Shown here in pieces: positions 1 through 12,582 of a stretch of 64,000 nucleotides of DNA. The position numbers were made by a program, and so were the translations under genes. Numbering within the stretch: position 1 is the stretch's first letter; each line of letters starts with the position of its first letter. The notes beneath the pieces were generated by a model that made no database searches, was not told where the DNA came from, and worked only from the letters and a program-made list of their open reading frames with translations. The stretch spans positions 106,392,001 to 106,456,000 of the forward strand of contig OZ360222.1 in NCBI GenBank assembly GCA_977017645.1. Direction: 5' to 3'. This stretch comes from Torpedo marmorata. Lineage: Eukaryota.

Positions 1-339
1 GTATCAGTGAAGCTTCAAAAATTTTACTTCTCTCGCACAATGGATCTATGTCAGTGTAAAAACGTGATAGTTTAAGTTTACACATATGAATTCTATGCAC
101 CACTTTAAATTGTAATAAACAGTGTCTAGCACAAAAAGATGATGAGTTAATTAGATCAAGAGCATTGTACCAATCTTGATCTGAAAATGTAACATTCAAA
201 TCACGTTCCCATTCATTCTTGATCCCGTCATAGAAGCTACTCTGATTTCCAATAAATTATTATATACACATGATGTTAATCCACGTTGGAAAACGAACTG
301 TAGATTAAAAAGTAACTCGAGAAAATTAGAACTTGAAAT

Positions 340-832
340 TCGAATTGCAGTGGGTCCAGATCTTTGCTTAGGTACATGTTAATTCTGGCCATGACCAGCC
401 TCTCAAAGCATTTCATCACAGTAGAAGTTAGTGCTACTGGGCGGTAGTCATTGAGGCAGCTCACACTACTCTTCTTGGGTACCAGGATGATTGATGCCCT
501 TTTGAAGCAGGTGGGAACCTCTGACTGCCGCAATGAGAGGTTGAAAATGTCCGTGAACACTCCGGCTAGTTGGTTGGCGCAGATTTTCAGTACCCTGCCA
601 GGTACACCGTCAGGGCCTGACGCCTTGCGAGGGTTCACCCTCTTGAATGATGTTCTGACGTCACCCTCAGAGACAGATATCACAGGGTCCTCAGCCTTTT
701 CAGGGATTTTTGTCGGCACTGTTTGGTCCTTCTTCTCAAAGCGGGCATAGAAGGTGTTCAGCTCATCGGGTAGTGAAGCATCACAGTCGTCTGTAGTGTT
801 CACCCTTGCATTGCAGGCTGTAATGGCCTGCA
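340..832 (-). mobile_element. Rex1/Babar-type LINE fragment (RT N-terminal region)
   Basis: ORF 276..833 reads [32 protein letters not shown]...[22 protein letters not shown]...DLDPLQF; near-identical to 57990-58245. Confidence 0.9.
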
Positions 833-1711
833 ATTAAACAGTACTTTATTAAATAAAGAACATATAGAGAGAGCTAAGACAGAATCTCTATTGAGTAATT
901 AACAAAGCCAAATCAAAAATTGAATACACTGAATATTGCTGCAACACAGAGAGCAGGTAGTTCCTCTATACAATCCTTAAAATTAATGCAGAAGTAATGT
1001 TACAAATACTGCATACGTTTCACTATTACCCCCCAACCTGAATACTGCATTCATTTCTAGTCACCAGGGAAGAAGAAAGTTGTTCAAATCCTCAAGGAGG
1101 CAAGAGGCAGTGCTACAGGGTTAGGGCTCTGTATCATGGGAAATAACTAGGCGGTGGGGGGGGGGGGATGTGGGGGGTGCTTCATGCTAAGAATTAGTTA
1201 AGATTATAGAAAAGTTCAGCCTTTTATATAACCTTAAATTAAACTGAGGTGGAGCAAAGGAACACAGGTTCAAATTAAAGGCGAGCATTTCTTCAAAGTC
1301 GTCTTCTCATTGAGTCGAGCAAACATTTGGAGTAAATGTTCAGATGGGGTTATGGAGCCAAACACAGGATGTTACAGTGGTTGGGTGGGTCCAAGTTCTC
1401 ATTTAATGGAAACGTCATGTGCTTCAATTGGCTTTCTTCATCCATTATTACTTTAGAATCCAATGAAAATTCATCCATGACAGGGGTGGAGAACCACATC
1501 CATGTTAAAATGTGCACTGCCAGACCTTTAAACTTAATGGAAGTTCTGTTAGCCGCAACTTCCATTCCCTAATTCAAACAATCACTATTTATAGATTACC
1601 GTATTTTTACTCATATAACGCGTGCGTTATATGTGTTTTTTACAAACCAAGTAGCCCCCGCGCGTCATATGCGTGTGCGTGCTATACGAGAATATTTTTA
1701 CATGTTGAAAC

Positions 1712-2008
1712 AACGCGCACAATTTATAGCAGGCATGGGAAAGCTGCACCGGCAATTTATAGCGAGCGTGGGAATGTAATAACGGCAATGAAAGAATGCG
1801 CACAATTTATAGCGGGCGTGGGAATGTAATAGCAGCAATGAAAGAATGCGCACAATTTATAGCGGGCGTGGGAATGTAATAGCAGCAATGAAAGAATGCG
1901 CACAATTTATAGCGGGCGTGGGAAAGTCGCACCAGCAATTTATAGCGAGCATGGGAATGTAATAGCGGCAATGAAAGAACGCGCACAATTTATAGCGAGC
2001 GTGGGAAT
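1712..2008 (+). repeat. Minisatellite inside the Tc2-like element (50-bp and 33-bp units)
   Basis: Seven copies of core CAATTTATAGC(G/A)(G/A)GC(G/A)TGGGAA; period 50 at 1801/1851/1901. Confidence 0.95.
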
Positions 2009-2034
2009 TGGGTACATACAAAATCGCAAAATTC

Positions 2035-2557
2035 AAAATTTTGATCTTAGAAATATCTCTTTGGCCTGAGTGCCATGGTATTCCGAGTAACAGGATATTC
2101 TGGCTAGGGCACTGCACCTTATCAATGTTAATTGCCCAGACCCATCCCCTGAGGGAGGAGATTAACATATCAAGTGCCTCTGATTTGAGACAACATTAGG
2201 ATGATTCTGCCCTATGGCATCAGTTTAATCATCCTCATTACATCAAATCAAACCATAAATCTCTCAATTGCACACTATTTTTAACAAGATAAGGTTTCTT
2301 TTAAAGAAAGGTTTTTAAATCATGACAGAATTAATATCCTGCATAACTCTGAAGCCTGTCTTTGATCTATTTAATTGATTCCTCTCCAAAACTTGTTAAT
2401 GTGTTGCAGGAGGATATCATCTATATAATGGGCAATTGACACAACTGAGGGAAGTTGAATGGGTGTTAATCGCAGGAGATTAACTGTGGCAGATAGTGGG
2501 ACTATGGAATGTGTTTTGTCTCATGTCCCAAGTAAATGCAAATTGCTCTTGTGAGTC
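2035..2557 (-). pseudogene. Decayed retroviral reverse transcriptase fragment, class III (ERV-L-like)
   Basis: Manual minus-strand translation: DSQEQFAFTWD...HSPTICHS...LPSVVSIAHYIDDILLQ, then after an ~210-bp interruption SEALDMLISSLRGWVWAINIDKVQCPSQNILLLGIPW. Colinear with ERV-L RT motifs QFAFSW, NSPALCH, HYIDDI, RGWEINPTKIQGP, KFLGVQW. Confidence 0.8.
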
Positions 2558-3910
2558 TCAATATAGAATACTACACCCGCACGTTATATGCGTGTGTGCG
2601 CTATACGAAAATATTTTTACTTAGTTTATGATTTTCTGCGCATTATATGCGTGTGTGCGTTATATGAGTGAAAATATGGTACACACTAATAACAGTAATG
2701 ACTGATACCAATAGCATGGAATCCTCATTTCATCTTCTATTGAGAATTCAAAGGAGTTGTTGAGCCTGATAGCGTGAAGGAATAGAAATGAACAAACATA
2801 GCTTGATAACATTTGCCTTTGTTGTTGCTGCTCAGTATTTGTGGGAGTTCCAGGCACTGGATTTCTGGAGAATGAAAATCAGACAGACAAAAATCAGTGG
2901 ACAGACAAAGTCAGCTGAGTGCTTCCCACCATCACTGACTACCACAGTGCCAAAATGAAAACCAATTGAAAAAAAATGGATAAGAGCTCCAAACCAATTT
3001 TTTCAATACAATTACGCTCTACTCCATAAATGAGTTAACTATTGCACCTTGTGCGTTCCTTTTTTCTTCCCTGCCTTATACATTCTGTTCTGATGCTCCA
3101 ACACAATGTTCCCCCTTTGACTTTAGCATAGTTCAGGAAGCAGCTGACTTTTAGTGGGGAAAAAAAAACTCCAGGCAGCTTTGCAGGAAGATGACAAGCA
3201 ACTCTGACTGCTGAAGACCCTCAGTGTCGGACTGCACCCTCTGTCCGAGCTGGCTAACTGGTGGACAGACTTAGTTTGGTGGAGTGGCTGGCGTGAAAGC
3301 AAAGTCGTCGACTTTCTGAGTTGGACAGCAGGCCGGTGCTCCAGGAAGCCACATCTATTGCTTCTGAACCTTGATAATCGGCTAGAGGATGGTGGGGTTA
3401 TGCAATATCTCATCCTTGAGCACACATAACCAGAACAAGCTTCATCTGAATCCCCTAACAGTGTCAGCAAATTCTGTCACTTGGTCAACCACCATGGGAA
3501 ACAGAGTGGCAGCACCTTGAACGTGTCTGATCAGCTGACTTCATTGTCGCTCTCTCAGCACAGAACCACTGGCTGGTCAGGTTTGAAGGTGGGAAGGAAG
3601 GAGGAATGTGAGAGGTGGGGGGGGGGGTGGGGGGGGGGCTCAGCCGGAGATGGATACGTACATCATCTGGGGCTTGTAAAGCAGCTGTGAGAGAAGGATG
3701 AGGAGTACAGGATGGCCAGGTATCAGCAGGCCATCAGCTCAGCCACTGGCCATGGACACGGAAGCAGCCTCTCCAATGAAAGCCAGCTCTCTCTCCTCTT
3801 GTCGAATGACATTGCAGCTGTGTGTCTCCTGACAATTTATTGCAACTGGCACTAATTACGTGCCAACTTCCACTGCAAGGGAGAGTTCTTCATCTGTGGG
3901 GATCACACAA

Positions 3911-4168
3911 TAAATTTAAATTTAGACATACAGTACGGTAACAGCCATTTCGGCCCACGAGTCCGTGCTGCCCAATTTACACCCAATTAACCTACATCCC
4001 TGGTAAGTTTGGAATGGTGGGTGGAAACCGGAGACGCCGGGGAAAACCCACGCAGACACGGGGAGAACGTACAAACTCCTTACAGACAGCGCGGGATTCG
4101 AACCCCGGTCTCGATCGCTGGTGCTGTAAAGACGTTGCGCTAACCGCTACGCCAACTGTGCTGCCCCC
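3911..4168 (-). mobile_element. HE1-type V-SINE (tRNA-derived), full length
   Basis: Minus strand: A box TGGCGTAGCGG, B box GGTTCGAATCC, V-core GTTTGTACGTTCTCCCCGTGTCTGCGTGGGTTTTCC, CR1-like 3' tail. Confidence 0.9.
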
Positions 4169-4239
4169 ACTATGACTTCAACCAAACAATATGTTTGGTT
4201 GAAGTCATGGTTGAATAGCTGGCAGCCTGATAGGGTGTC

Positions 4240-4390
4240 TTTCAGGCAGGCTGGAAGGTGCCGAGCTTCCTGAATGTTGGTGTTGCACTCATCCAGGCAA
4301 GTGAAGAGTATTCCATCACACTCCTGACTTGTAGCCTGAAGATAACAGAAAGGTTTCCCACTGTTGCGAGGTGAGTCACACACCATAGGT
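4240..4390 (-). mobile_element. Old LINE RT C-terminal fragment (L2/Crack/Jockey-like)
   Basis: Translation QVRSVMEYSSLAWMSATPT resembles the post-RT motif LYKAQVRSxMEYxxxxW. Confidence 0.6.
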
Positions 4391-4507
4391 TATCACTCTC
4401 TGACCGACCCTTGCAGCCACATGTATATAGCTGGTCCACTTGAGTGGATGTTAATTATGGAGTACTCAACGTGGGCCCCAAGTGTGAAGCTGTGGCTTTT
4501 GATTATC

Positions 4508-6095
4508 TGAGGAAAGCATCCAGCCCGGATGGAGTACCTGGCCGAGTATTAAAGATCTGTGCTGACCAACTTACCAAGGTATTCACGGATATCTTCAATA
4601 TCTCACTCCAGCAGGGCATGGTACCCATCTGTTTCAAACAGGCGTCAATCATACCTGTGCCCAAGAAGAGTGCAGTAACCTGCCTTAACAACTATCAACC
4701 AGTAGCACTTATATCAACAGTGATGAAGTGTTTTGAAAGACTGGTGTTGAAGCATATCAGCTCCTGTCTGAGCGCTGACATGGATCCATTCCAGTTCGCC
4801 TATCATAGAAACAGGTCTATGGCGGATGCCATCTCACTGGCCCTACACAAAGCCCTGGAACACCTGGGCAGCAAAGATGCATACATCAGGATGCTCTTTA
4901 TCGACTACAGTTCAGCATTTAGCCCTATCATCCCCTCAAAACTGATCAGCAAACTCCAAGACCTGGGAGTTAATACCCCACTGTGTAATTGGATCATGGA
5001 TTTCCTGACCTCCAGACCACAATCAGTGAAGATTGGTAAGAACTCTCCTCCACAATCTCCATCAGTACAGGAGCACCACAGGGTTGTGTTCTTAGCCCCC
5101 TGCTCTACTCACTACACCTACGACTGTGTAGCTCGGTACGACAATAACACCATCTACAAATTTGCCGACGATACCACGGTAGTGGGTTGTATAAAGGAAG
5201 GGGATGAGTCAGCATACAGGATGGAGATTGAAAACCTGGCTGAATGGTGTACTAACAACAACCTTGCACTCAAATTCACCAAAACTAAGGAGCTGATTGT
5301 TGACTTCAGGAAAGGAAAGCCAGAGGTATACAATCCAGTGATCATTGGGGGATCAGAGGTGGAGAAGGTGAGCAGATTTAGGTTCTTGGGAGTCACTATC
5401 TCGGAGGATCTTTCCTGGACCCAACACACCAATGGCATCGTGAAGAAAGCACGCCAGTGCCTCTACTTCCTCAGGAGTTTGCGGAGGTTTGGTATGACAC
5501 CAGAAACCCTGGCAAATTTCTACAGAGGTGTGGTTGAAAATGTGCTGCTGGCTGCATCACGGACTGGTATGGGAACACCAATATGCCTGAGCATAAAGCC
5601 CTCCAAAAGGTAGTGGACACAGCACAGGACATCACAGGCAAAACCCTCCCCACTATTGAGTACATCTATAGGGAACGCTGCTGTCGGAGGGCAGCAGCAA
5701 TCATCAAAGACCCACACCACCCAGCGCATGCTCTGTTCTCGCTGCTGCCATCAGGAAAGAGGTATAGGTGCCACAAGACTTGCACCACGAGGTTCAGGAA
5801 CAGCTGCTACCCCTCCACCATCAGACTCCTCAACGACAAACTCAATCAGAGACTCATTTAGGACTCTTACTTGTGCACTTTATTAATTATCTTTTGTTCT
5901 CTCTGCTTTGCACAGTCAGTTTCTTTACATTCGTTTTCTGTTTACAGTTCTTTTATTTGTTTACATGTTTACGCTGTGTACAGTTTACTTTTTGCACTAC
6001 CAATAGTGATAATTCTGCCGTGCCCGCAGGAAAAAGGAATCTCAGGGTTGTATGTGATGTCATGTATGTACTCTGACAATAAATCGGAAATCTGA
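4508..6095 (+). mobile_element. Rex1/Babar LINE, 5'-truncated and frameshifted
   Basis: ORFs 4444..5613 and 5583..5861 give RT ([21 protein letters not shown]) and C-terminal [17 protein letters not shown]; 3' UTR ends GACAATAAA. Confidence 0.92.
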
Positions 6096-6120
6096 TTACA
6101 AAAGATTTACCAATTATATC

Positions 6121-6150
6121 AGAAGAAGAAGAAGAAGAAGAAGAAGGAAG
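6121..6150 (+). repeat. (AGA)n microsatellite
   Basis: agaagaagaagaagaagaagaagaagg seen directly. Confidence 0.9.
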
Positions 6151-6233
6151 GAATTAGAAGAGGAGGACAAGGATCAAGTAGTCAATTCACTGTCAGTGCA
6201 CTTCTATAAATTCAATTTTAATAACTGCAAGGG

Positions 6234-7152
6234 ACATATACAAATTTGCTGACAATACCACCATAGTAGACTGTATAAAAAGGGGCGATGAATCATAATA
6301 CAGAAGAGAGATTGAAAACTTGGCTGAATGGTGTACTAACAACAACCTCGCACTCAAAGTCACCATGTCCAAGGAGCTGATTGTAGACTTTCGGAAAGGA
6401 AAACCAAAGATGTACGATCCAGTGATCATTGGGGGATCAGAGGTGGAGAGGGTGAGCAAATTTTAATTTCTGGGAGTCACTATTTCGGCGGACATTTCCT
6501 GGACCCATCATACTAATGCCATCATGAAAAAAGCACGTCAGCGCCTCTACTTTCTCAGGAGTTTGCAGAGGTTCGGTATGTTATCGGAAACCTTGGCAAA
6601 ATTCTTCAGCTAAGAGGTGGAAAGTGTGCTGACTGGTTGCATCACGGTCTGGTCTGGGGACACTAATTCCTCTGAGCAGAAAGCCCTGTAAAAGGTAGTG
6701 GATGAGCACAGTACATCACAGCAAAACTCTCCCCACCATCGAAAACATCTACTTGGAACACTGCTATCGGAGCGCAGCAACAATCATCAAGGATCTACAC
6801 CACCCAGGACATGCTCTATTCTCACTGCTGCCATCAGGAAAGAGGTACAGGTGCCACAAGACTAGTACCACCAGGTTCAGGAACAGCTGCTGCACCTTAA
6901 CCATCAGACTTCTAAACAACAGGCTCATTCGGAGACTCATTTAAGGACTCTGACTTTGCTTATTATTTATTACTGAATATTTATTTTCTGCATTTGCACA
7001 GTCAGTTTATTTACATTTCTTTCTTCTTGAGTACAGTTTACAGTTACTAGTAATTAGAAATTCTGCCTGGCCCACAGGAAAAAGAATCTCAGGGTTATAT
7101 ATCATATCACAAATGTGCTCTGACAATACATTCCAACTTTGACTTGACTGAC
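6234..7152 (+). mobile_element. Rex1/Babar LINE 3' fragment, same family as 4508-6095
   Basis: Colinear with ~5150-6090 (YKFADNT..., [21 protein letters not shown], similar 3' UTR). Confidence 0.9.
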
Positions 7153-7267
7153 TAATATCAGGAAGATACTCAGGAAAATTCTGGATTCATTTGACTTTAT
7201 AAACAAAGTGTCAGCAAGATTCCTAGGGTGGATTTCATAGGAATCAATCCTGAAAGTGAAGAACATG

Positions 7268-8682
7268 ATAGAACCATAGAACACTACAGCACAGAAAAAA
7301 GGCCATTCGGCCCTTCTAGTCTGTGCCGAAACATCATTCCGCTAGTCCCACTGACCTGCACCCATTCCATAACCTCCAGACTTCTCCCATCCATGTATCT
7401 ATCCAATTTATTCTTAAAACTTAAGAGTGAGCCAGCATTTACCATGTCAGATGGCAGCTCGTTCCAAACTCCCACCACTCTCTGAGTGAAGAAGTTCCCC
7501 CCAATGTTCCCCCTAAACCTTTTCCCCCTAAAGCCAGGTCCTCTCATATTTATCTCTCCTAATCTAAGTGGAAAGAGCCTACTCGCATTTACTCTGTCTA
7601 TACCCCTCATAATTTTATAAACCTCTATCAAATCTCCCCTCATTCTTCTATGCTCTAAGGAATAAAGTCCTAACCTGTTTAATCTTTCCCTGTAAATCAA
7701 CTCCTGAAGTCCCAGCAACATTCTTGTAAATCTTCTCTGCACTCTTTCAATCTAATTGATATCCTTCCTGTAGTTAGGCGACCAGAATTGCACGCAATAC
7801 TCCAAATGTGGCCTCACTAATGTCTTATACAACCTCACCATAACATCCCAACTCCTATACTCAATACTTTGATTTATGAAGGCCAAGATGCCAAAAGCTT
7901 TCTTTACAACCCTGTCTACCTGTGACACCACTTTCAGGGAATTATATATCTATTCCCAGATCTCTTTGTTCCTCCGCACTCCTCAGTGCCCTACCATTTA
8001 CTGTGTATGTCCTACCTTGGTTTGTCCTTCCAAAATGCAACACCTCACACTTGTCTGCATTAAATTCCATCTGCCATTTTCTGGCCCATTATTCCAGTTG
8101 GTCCAGATCCCTCTGCAAGCTTTGAAAGCCTTCCTCGCTGTCCACAACACCTCCAATCTTAGTGTCATCAGCAAACTTGCTGATCCAATTTACCACATTA
8201 TCATCCACATCATTGATATAGACAACAAACAACAATGGTCCCAGCACCGATCCCTGAGACACACCACTAATCACAGACCTCCAGTCTGAGAAGCAATCAT
8301 CCACTACCACTCTCTGTCTTCTCCCATTCAGCCAATTTCAAATCCAGTTTGCAACCTCTCCATGAATACCTAGTGTCTGAACCTTCTGAACTAACCTCCC
8401 ATGTGGGACCTTGTCAAAGGCCTTACTAAAGTCCATGTAGACAACATCCACAGCCTTTCCTTCATCTACTTTCTTGGTAACCTCCTCGGAAAACTCTATT
8501 AAATTCGTTAAACATGACCTACCACACATAAAGCCATGCTGACTATCCTTAATCAGCCCTTGGATGTCTAAATACTTGAAAATCCGATCTCTCAGAACAC
8601 CCTCCAATAATTTACCTACTACTGACGTCAGGCTCACTGGCCTGTAATTTCCTGGTTTACTTTTGGAGCCTTTTTTAAACAT
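7268..8682 (-). mobile_element. CR1 (HER1-like) LINE 3' portion
   Basis: ORFs with PGNYRPVSLTSVVGKLLE, YMDFSKAFDKVPH, SKFADDTK, RGDLIEVYKI, FFTQRVV; tandem tail CATAGAAC at the 3' end. Confidence 0.93.
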
Positions 8683-9504
8683 GATGACGAGGACTTCAGT
8701 ACAAAATACTAAGTAAGACAACGTGAAAGAAAGTGATTATAAGTGAAATATATAAAACTAATAATATAATGAGATACAATGAAAATACCTGCAATATTTT
8801 CTCAAGATTTGACAGAATTAGTGTACTTTCTGATCAGTTTCATCAGTAACTTGCATGTTTAATTTTTTTAAATTTAAAAAGCAGTCTCAAATTTATGAAA
8901 AATGTATTCATGCACTATATTTAGTTGGATTGTTTCATGCCGGGCAGTAGAATCACGTTTTTATTTCATTTGTTTGTGAAAGCTTGAGAGAGGATCATAG
9001 CATCCATCATCCTTCATTACCATTTATTTGGGCATATTTGCAACCAGTACTTCATAAACTAAACCAGCTGATTGGATAACGCTAACAAAACAGAATAATC
9101 ACAACTTCGCTTACTGATACAATTTGCTCCTAATAGTATCTTTGTGACAAAAATAGTATTTTACAAGCAAAGTCTGCATGTAGTAAAAATGACAGGTTTA
9201 TGATATAATAAACATATTAACAACCATTGAAAGTAACAATCTCCGGCCCTTCCAAACAGTTTATCACAACATGAACATTATAACTCACCTGAAACTACTT
9301 GATAACATTATGGAAAACTTAAGAAAGAGTAGGAGCCCATTCAGCCCAAGACACCCATGCTAGCCATAAAATGTGACACAGCCATATCACCTTTTAGCAG
9401 TTGGCCTGTACTCTGCAGATCACAGATCTTCAAACCAATCAGTTTTTTTAACTTGATCTCATGCCAAGGGAAGTAAGTCCTTCTCATCTCTTGAAAAATG
9501 TCAG

Positions 9505-9590
9505 CAAAAATACAATCTGCTGGAGGAACTCAGAGCAGCAACAGCGGGAGAATGGTCGACTTTTCAGGTCAGAACCCTTCATCAAGACTT
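9505..9590 (-). mobile_element. Penelope-like pLTR remnant with minimal hammerhead core
   Basis: TGCTGGAGGAACTCAG motif also seen at the Penelope end (~59520). Minus strand reads GTC-TTGATGA-AGGGTTCTGACCT-GAAA-AGTC-GAC. Confidence 0.6.
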
Positions 9591-9717
9591 CCCCATTCAA
9601 ACTTTCTTTGACAATGGCCTTGTAAAATATCTTGAGTCATTCTGGATGTTAAAACTTGGATATAAATATAACTTTCTGCTCTCATTGTTTTAAACTATAT
9701 TAAATTAAACTAAGAGG

Positions 9718-9900
9718 TGAAACACAAAAGTCTGCAGACGCTGTGATTGTAGTGAAAACACAAAATGCTGGAGGAACTCAGCCGGTAACACAGCATCCAT
9801 AGGAGGTAAAGATATATAACCTTGAAGATGGGCTCAGGCCCAAAATGCTAATTATATATCTTTACCCTCTATGGAGTTCCTCCAGCATTATTGTTTTTTT
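9718..9900. mobile_element. Penelope-derived fold-back mini-element
   Basis: Inverted arms AATGCTGGAGGAACTC...CCATAGGAGGTAAAGATATATAA / TTATATATCTTTACCCTCTATGGAGTTCCTCCAGCATT around a degenerate hammerhead TTGAAGATGGGCTCAGGCCCAAAA; similar to 59470-59615. Confidence 0.7.
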
Positions 9901-10922
9901 TCCTTAAATTAAACTTAGGACTCTTTTAAAATGTGAATTGTTGCATTTCACTGAAGGTAATGGGTTATTTCGCCTTGGTCCAGTTTACCCAATTTTCTGC
10001 AGCAAGATAACTCAAATAGAACTCAATGAAATGAGTACAATATTGATGTACTATTGATATACATTCTGCAAATATCTAATGAATCGTCTGCTGATACAAT
10101 CAAGTCTCATGGATGAAAACTTGCTTAAGGGTTGATAGTGCCCAACACACCCAAAACGTACATCTTCAGTAGAAAACAGTATTAAGATTCAAAATACAGG
10201 TATTTTGGTCATTTTTTTCTTTCAAATTTCTCCCTCTTTTCCTCGTCAGTATCCTCTGAGAAATACAAATGTCCAATGAATTCCAGGCAGCAATTGATCT
10301 CTTGCATTTTGCCCCTATACCCCCATAGACTAAAAACACAACATTGTCAAAATGCCAAACAGCTCCATCAGTATCTTTAAAGAGAAAAAGCAGCCTCTCA
10401 TTAATCCTGGACCAATTCACAGGCTATTTGCCCCAAGGGGTGGTGGGGTGATGTGGCAGAGGGATGGATCTCAAGTCAACTCCAACATAAGCGAGTCCAT
10501 ATTCCAAATGAGGTCAATAATGTGGCAATTACTTTCCTCCTGCTGTGCCAACAGCAAAGAGCACTCATCACACACCCGGGATTAAAGCTTGGAGTTCCCT
10601 GGTCCTCTGCGTACACAGCAATACAATTTGAACAAAAGGTGTACATACATTGTATAAGGTACATACAATGGATTTTCCCAAGCTCATCATCCAGAACATG
10701 ACCAGAGGTGAGAGAAAAGATGAATCAAAAGGATTTGTTGAGTTGTCCATAGTGTGGAGAGAGGAAGGAACTAGCAAACACTGCATGGTTTTGAGATCCT
10801 GCGAACGCACATTAGAGCAGCCTGTTGAGTGCCTGGTTTTGCTCTCATGTATTCAGAAAATACTTATTGCCCCATCACGAGCTAAGTATATGGCACTGAA
10901 GAAGCGCTGAAGCCAGTATTGT

Positions 10923-11312
10923 CAGGGTCGGCGCCAAGGGGGGGCATTCGCGGGCATTGGCCCCCCCCAAGCGAGGTGCTGTGCTCCCCCATCGCTTGCC
11001 GTCAGGCCCGCCCCTGCCCGCGTCACTAGCGTGTGTCAAGCATCACTAGCGTCTAGCTTGATGCACACTAGTGACTCTCCACCCGTCCCCGTCACTAGCG
11101 TGCGTCGAGCGTCACTAGCGCAGGCTAGTGACTCTCGACACAATAAAAGCAGCGCTTTCGGCTGCTACCGTTGGAGGGGATGGAGGTTTACGTCCGTTCG
11201 GATGGTAGTCCACCAGCACCCCCCCCCGCTGAGCGAGTTTACGACTGTCGGACTGTGCCCCCCCCGGTTACCCTAATGCCCCCCTCTAACACTCGTTCTG
11301 CCTCCGACCCTG
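10923..11312. mobile_element. hAT-type MITE, GC-rich, 390 bp
   Basis: TIR CAGGGTCGG / CCGACCCTG; perfect 8-bp TSD AGTATTGT (10915-22, 11313-20). Confidence 0.92.
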
Positions 11313-12582
11313 AGTATTGTCCACAAGTAGCTGAATAGTCTGTGAGAATAATGACTCTCCAATTTTTCATTTAAGATACAGTATCTAACAGAAGTCATTA
11401 AAAGGGACAAATGGTTCAAACTGTATCCAGGTGCCTCACAGAGAAACCATTGACATGTGACCATCTTTATTAAAGAAAATGCTTTGATGAATCCATTAAT
11501 TTGCCCCTGAAAAATTCTCATACCCAATGCTTAAAGCTAAGAAACTCAACAACAAGTGAGAATTTTGAATTCTTTTTAAAAACAGCACAATATAAAAAGT
11601 TTTTCTACCATTGTAATAACCCTGGCCAGTATATCTAAAGGTAAACAAAAGACAAGAAAAAAAGCAAGTGATGCCTTAAAGCAGCTGAAATTTTGCTTAA
11701 TCGATCAAAGGGTCAATTTATTACATTTGTATGGAACATTTTCAACGACCTCACTATTCAAAAACAAAATAGAGAGAAATGTTCATGTGATGTTTACAGT
11801 ATATAGAAAGAATGTCAAAGTACAAAGAATAAGTAAAAAGTAATTACATGGCAACATCTCGCAACAATATACATCAGAACGGCTTACCTCAATTCATCCT
11901 ATCACGATAGCATGGTTAGTAACGTTTACTAAACTAATAACTTACATGCTCTAACATTGTGAGGGGGTTGATTCCATGAATACACATTGCCCATTGGAAC
12001 AATTTTCATGATCATGGTCTTCACAATGTCACAATAGGCCAGATCATGGGAAATGTCCTAAGGGCTGTCTCATAGAGCATGACCTTGCAAATCAATGTTA
12101 GATATTAAGATAAACTGTCCTGGCTTTTTTTTTTCCAGCTTGTATTTTACTAAAACCATGAATTTCCAATCATGAATTTTGTCCTGAGCATGGTAAATGT
12201 TACTCGCAACACAGATCTGCTCACCAATAAATTCCTCCCCAGTCGGTGGCACTAAATATACTGTATCATTATGTTGGCACAGTGAAACCCCTTCCTACAC
12301 TGAGCTCAACATTGCATCCCAATACCCATCTGGCACTGATGTGGTGTTTTCCATTTCCAAAAGTCAGATATCATCCCGCTGCTCAAATTGGAGCGAGATT
12401 TGTCAATGGCATTTATCCAGTGGTGTCTGCCTTGCACTTCTATGGTCCACAATCACCATACATGAGGGAATGGCTGCTGATGGGGGCATTATGATGGTGC
12501 TGTATCTGAGCACAAGACATTGAGTCTAATGATTCTCATGTCTTAATGGAAAAGAACGCTTGCCTGATTGGGTGGAGGTGAA

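Larger units (their letters stand above)
1599..2679. mobile_element. Tc2/pogo-like (TcMar) non-autonomous element
   Basis: 23-bp TIR CCGTATTTTTACTCATATAACGC (1599) vs GCGTTATATGAGTGAAAATATGG (ends 2679), 2 mismatches. TA on both sides (1597-98, 2680-81). CCGTA termini are typical of Tc2-like elements. Confidence 0.85.

Noticed and set aside
1712-2008. CRISPR-like periodicity
   Set aside because: The spacers are themselves repeated and the context is eukaryotic; it is a minisatellite.
2660-3560. Minus-strand acceptor near 2866 and the 115-aa ORF 3123..3470 as host exons
   Set aside because: No convincing donor and no recognisable protein; cannot be supported.
4080-4168. tRNA gene
   Set aside because: The A/B boxes belong to the HE1 SINE head; no cloverleaf, and V-core follows.
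11946-12057. Open minus-strand segment ending at GTAAGT
   Set aside because: Weak acceptor and no homology recognised; plausible by chance.
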